In this document: positions 32,480 to 35,543 of the stretch, piece by piece
Position numbering within the stretch: the first letter of the stretch is position 1
Layout of the letters: each line of letters starts with the position of its first letter
Assembly (NCBI RefSeq): GCF_001194135.2
Contig: NC_068985.1
Location: 126,776,421 to 126,811,963, forward strand
Source of the DNA: Octopus bimaculoides
Lineage: Eukaryota
Reading direction: 5' to 3'
DNA length: 35,543 nt
Notes under the pieces: model-generated
Database searches by the model: none
What the model saw: only the letters and a program-made list of their open reading frames with translations
Told to the model about the DNA's origin: nothing
Translations under genes and position numbers: made by a program

Positions 32480-33133
32480 CATATTGTAACTTGCAATGAA
32501 AAATGGATTCTGTACAATAATAAAAATCTGCAGTGGTTGGACCAAAATGAAACACTGGAAACCTTCCCTAAACCCAAGTTCTTCAAAAGAAGGTTATGGT
32601 GACTGTTTGGTGGTGTACTGCTGGACTCATCCACTATAACTTCTTAAAACCTGGAAAAATCATTACTGCAGGAACATGTTGCCATAAAATTGCCAAAATG
32701 AACAAAAAACTGCTACTCTTCCATCCCAGAGTGGTCAACAGAAGAGGACCAGTCATTCTTCATGACAATGCTCGACCACATATTTCACTATGATGCTCCA
32801 GAAGTTGAGGGAACTTGGCTACGAAGTTCTTCCCCACCCAGCTTATTCCCCAGACCTTTATCTTACCGATTACCACATTTTCAAGTACCTTAATGGTTTC
32901 CTACAAGAGAAGGAGTTCAAAAATCAAACTGATGCTGAAAGTGTATTTCAAAGAGTTCATCAGCTCCAGAACTCCAGTTTTTATGTTACCGGAATAAACA
33001 AACTTGTAACTCATTGGTAAAATGCGTTGATGTAATGCTACTTACTTTGATGAATAATATTTCTGCATTGTTGAAATATATTGTGATGAATTTCATGTTT
33101 CAAAACGTTGCTTACTTTTCGCTCAGTCTGATA
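32480..33133 (+). mobile_element. Cecropia-subfamily (Hsmar1/SETMAR-like) mariner, 3' two-thirds with right TIR
   Basis: IVTCNEKWILYNN, VMVTVWW..GLIHY, LHDNARPH, LQKLRELGYEVLPHPAYSPDL, TGINKLV. The right TIR caaaacgttgcttacttttcgctcagtctga|TA resembles the Hsmar1 TIR. Frameshifted. Confidence 0.9.
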
Positions 33134-33135
33134 CA

Positions 33136-33168
<33 letters not shown>

Positions 33169-33170
33169 TG

Positions 33171-33334
33171 ATTGGGTCATCCCATAAATAGTGTGGTTTT
33201 TCAATTGCATGAGCTAAAAGCTGGAGGGGGACAGGATAAACTACCTGCATCAACTTGCTATAAAAGCAGGTAGTTTTGAAGAGTGCAGTTCAATTTTAAC
33301 AGTTATTTTTTCAAAGCTATAATGGAAGTGACAA
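33171..33334 (+). mobile_element. 5' end of another mariner-like element running into the gap
   Basis: TIR-like attgggtcatcccataaata..ggttttt after (TA)n, with ATG GAA GTG ACA A at 33322 as a putative transposase start. Confidence 0.55.
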
Positions 33335-34247
33335 NNNNNNNNNNNNNNNNNNNNNNNNNNNNNNNNNNNNNNNNNNNNNNNNNNNNNNNNNNNNNNNNNN
33401 NNNNNNNNNNNNNNNNNNNNNNNNNNNNNNNNNNNNNNNNNNNNNNNNNNNNNNNNNNNNNNNNNNNNNNNNNNNNNNNNNNNNNNNNNNNNNNNNNNNN
33501 NNNNNNNNNNNNNNNNNNNNNNNNNNNNNNNNNNNNNNNNNNNNNNNNNNNNNNNNNNNNNNNNNNNNNNNNNNNNNNNNNNNNNNNNNNNNNNNNNNNN
33601 NNNNNNNNNNNNNNNNNNNNNNNNNNNNNNNNNNNNNNNNNNNNNNNNNNNNNNNNNNNNNNNNNNNNNNNNNNNNNNNNNNNNNNNNNNNNNNNNNNNN
33701 NNNNNNNNNNNNNNNNNNNNNNNNNNNNNNNNNNNNNNNNNNNNNNNNNNNNNNNNNNNNNNNNNNNNNNNNNNNNNNNNNNNNNNNNNNNNNNNNNNNN
33801 NNNNNNNNNNNNNNNNNNNNNNNNNNNNNNNNNNNNNNNNNNNNNNNNNNNNNNNNNNNNNNNNNNNNNNNNNNNNNNNNNNNNNNNNNNNNNNNNNNNN
33901 NNNNNNNNNNNNNNNNNNNNNNNNNNNNNNNNNNNNNNNNNNNNNNNNNNNNNNNNNNNNNNNNNNNNNNNNNNNNNNNNNNNNNNNNNNNNNNNNNNNN
34001 NNNNNNNNNNNNNNNNNNNNNNNNNNNNNNNNNNNNNNNNNNNNNNNNNNNNNNNNNNNNNNNNNNNNNCAAACTAAATGATAACAAAAGAGATCTATAC
34101 ATATATATATATATTATTCATTTAAAATATAGAGATGCCTATAATAGGACATCTACCCACTAGAAAGAGCAGCAAAAAACTCTATACCACAAAAATAGGG
34201 ATAATTTCGAAAGAGAATGAAAAATAAAAGCATTTTTACCAGTCTAT

Positions 34248-34320
34248 ACTCTGTGCCATGGTTTCAAGCTATTTAGCAAGATAAAAGTATATCTAACTCG
34301 GGAGCTTTCGTCAGCAGAGT
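34248..34320 (-). ncRNA. Type I hammerhead ribozyme motif with palindromic stem III and one core substitution
   Basis: ACTCTG-CTGACGA-AAGCT-(32 nt)-AGCTT-GAAA-CCATGG-C-A-CAGAGT: perfect 6-bp stem I, 5-bp stem II, both core boxes, and U16.1 replaced by C. Confidence 0.7.
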
Positions 34321-34474
34321 GCCGGATTAGCGTGTAAACACGAGCCAAGGAAAGAACCTGACTCCAGTTTACATGCTTAATTTCTCAAGACTTAACCCTA
34401 TATATATATATATATATACATACATATACATATGTATGTATATACATATACATACATATATATATATATGTATA

Positions 34475-34567
34475 GCCTGGTGCAGCCATCTGGTTCGCCA
34501 TTCCTCAGTCAAATCGCCCAACCCATGCTAGTATGGAAAGCGGACGTTAAACGATGATGATGATGAT
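34475..34567 (+). mobile_element. RTE 3' tail copy, young subfamily, inserted in (TA/CA)n
   Basis: cctcagtcaaatcgcccaacccatgctagtatggaaagcggacgttaaacgatgatgatg. Confidence 0.85.
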
Positions 34568-35503
34568 ATGTATATATATGAACTAAGTTGGGTGAATCAT
34601 TAGAGTGTTGAACGGAATGCCTCACAGTATTTGTCACAACCCTAGCAAAGCACAACATATGGTCATTGAAAGAAAGTGCTGTGCATTAGAACATCAAGTG
34701 GAGGTAATGGAGAGGTGCAAACCTTAGTTCAATTGTGGTAGGAAGTGAAATCTTTGCTTGCTGGTGAAAAAAAATTTTTCTAAAAAATTATCTTTACTCA
34801 GACACTTACCTAAACTGTAAAAGTGAGATTTTCTGATTCTGCCCCCCCCCCATGAACAAAGATATGTTCTTGGATACTGATGAACCACCCATAAATATAA
34901 ATGTCTGAGCTTCAATCAGTGGTATTTCTCCTCACCACAATCTGAGTGTTTGACACAAGGTTTATCTCACCCAGTTTTATTACATATAAACGCATTCATA
35001 CAAAGACACACATACACATGCATGCATGTCCAAATGATTTAAACATTTACCTTCCTCATCCCCAATTCTCAACCTCCTAAACAAGCCTTACAATGGCCCC
35101 AACCTTACTCCACAGGCATTTACCTCATAGACCAGGGTGGTCTTTTCTGGATTGATCCCAATCCAAGTAATATAACTCTAATCAACAAACTTTTACGCTC
35201 TGTTTTTACTCTGTATTTTTCCCTTCCAGTTTTTTGTAACACCTCCAAACGTGATGTGACACTTTCAGATCTCCAGTAGCAAAGAGGTAAGATCATACTT
35301 CCCTTTCAGCTCTTCTGATGAGTGACAAGATTGGTTTTCTCAAACTTTCACGTATGAAATCAATTGGAAAAACTGGTTGTCATGGTATTATGATATTGTA
35401 ACATATAAATAATTAATTTATGTGGGTGTAGGTGAAGGGGGTGAGTAGTGTAGCGCATGTATTAGATGTATCCCCATTGAACATTCATGCTAAAAATATA
35501 TAT

Positions 35504-35543
<40 letters not shown>

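Noticed and set aside
34804-34830. Perfect minus-strand donor AG|gtaagt with a possible 5-nt microexon
   Set aside because: No convincing upstream exon or extended pyrimidine tract, and all extended frames are unrecognisable.

Overview
Eukaryotic, AT-rich, microsatellite- and TE-dense genomic DNA with four assembly gaps (12003-12274, 30211-30220, 31761-31879, 33335-34069). The repeat landscape looks like an octopod cephalopod; this is an inference. The one host gene I can support is the 3' half of BBS2 (BBSome subunit) on the + strand. It has 11 GT-AG exons from 2408 to the stop at 18187, which splice in frame to 374 aa plus TAA. The ORF track catches only parts of it. Everything else is intron or intergenic DNA filled with non-LTR retrotransposon remnants (RTE, CR1-like, Tx1/L1-like), several tRNA-derived SINE families, four mariner fragments, a pogo/Tigger fragment, foldback elements and simple repeats. 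No prokaryotic-type system or CRISPR is present. The most notable hidden signal is a near-canonical type I hammerhead ribozyme motif with a palindromic (dimer-type) stem III on the minus strand at 34248-34320. Other highlights are a 44-bp minisatellite visibly born from a LINE 3' end by 9-bp microhomology, a PHD finger inside an RTE reverse transcriptase, and a stack of 8 co-oriented SINEs around the last BBS2 exon. All alignments and identity figures were done by hand.
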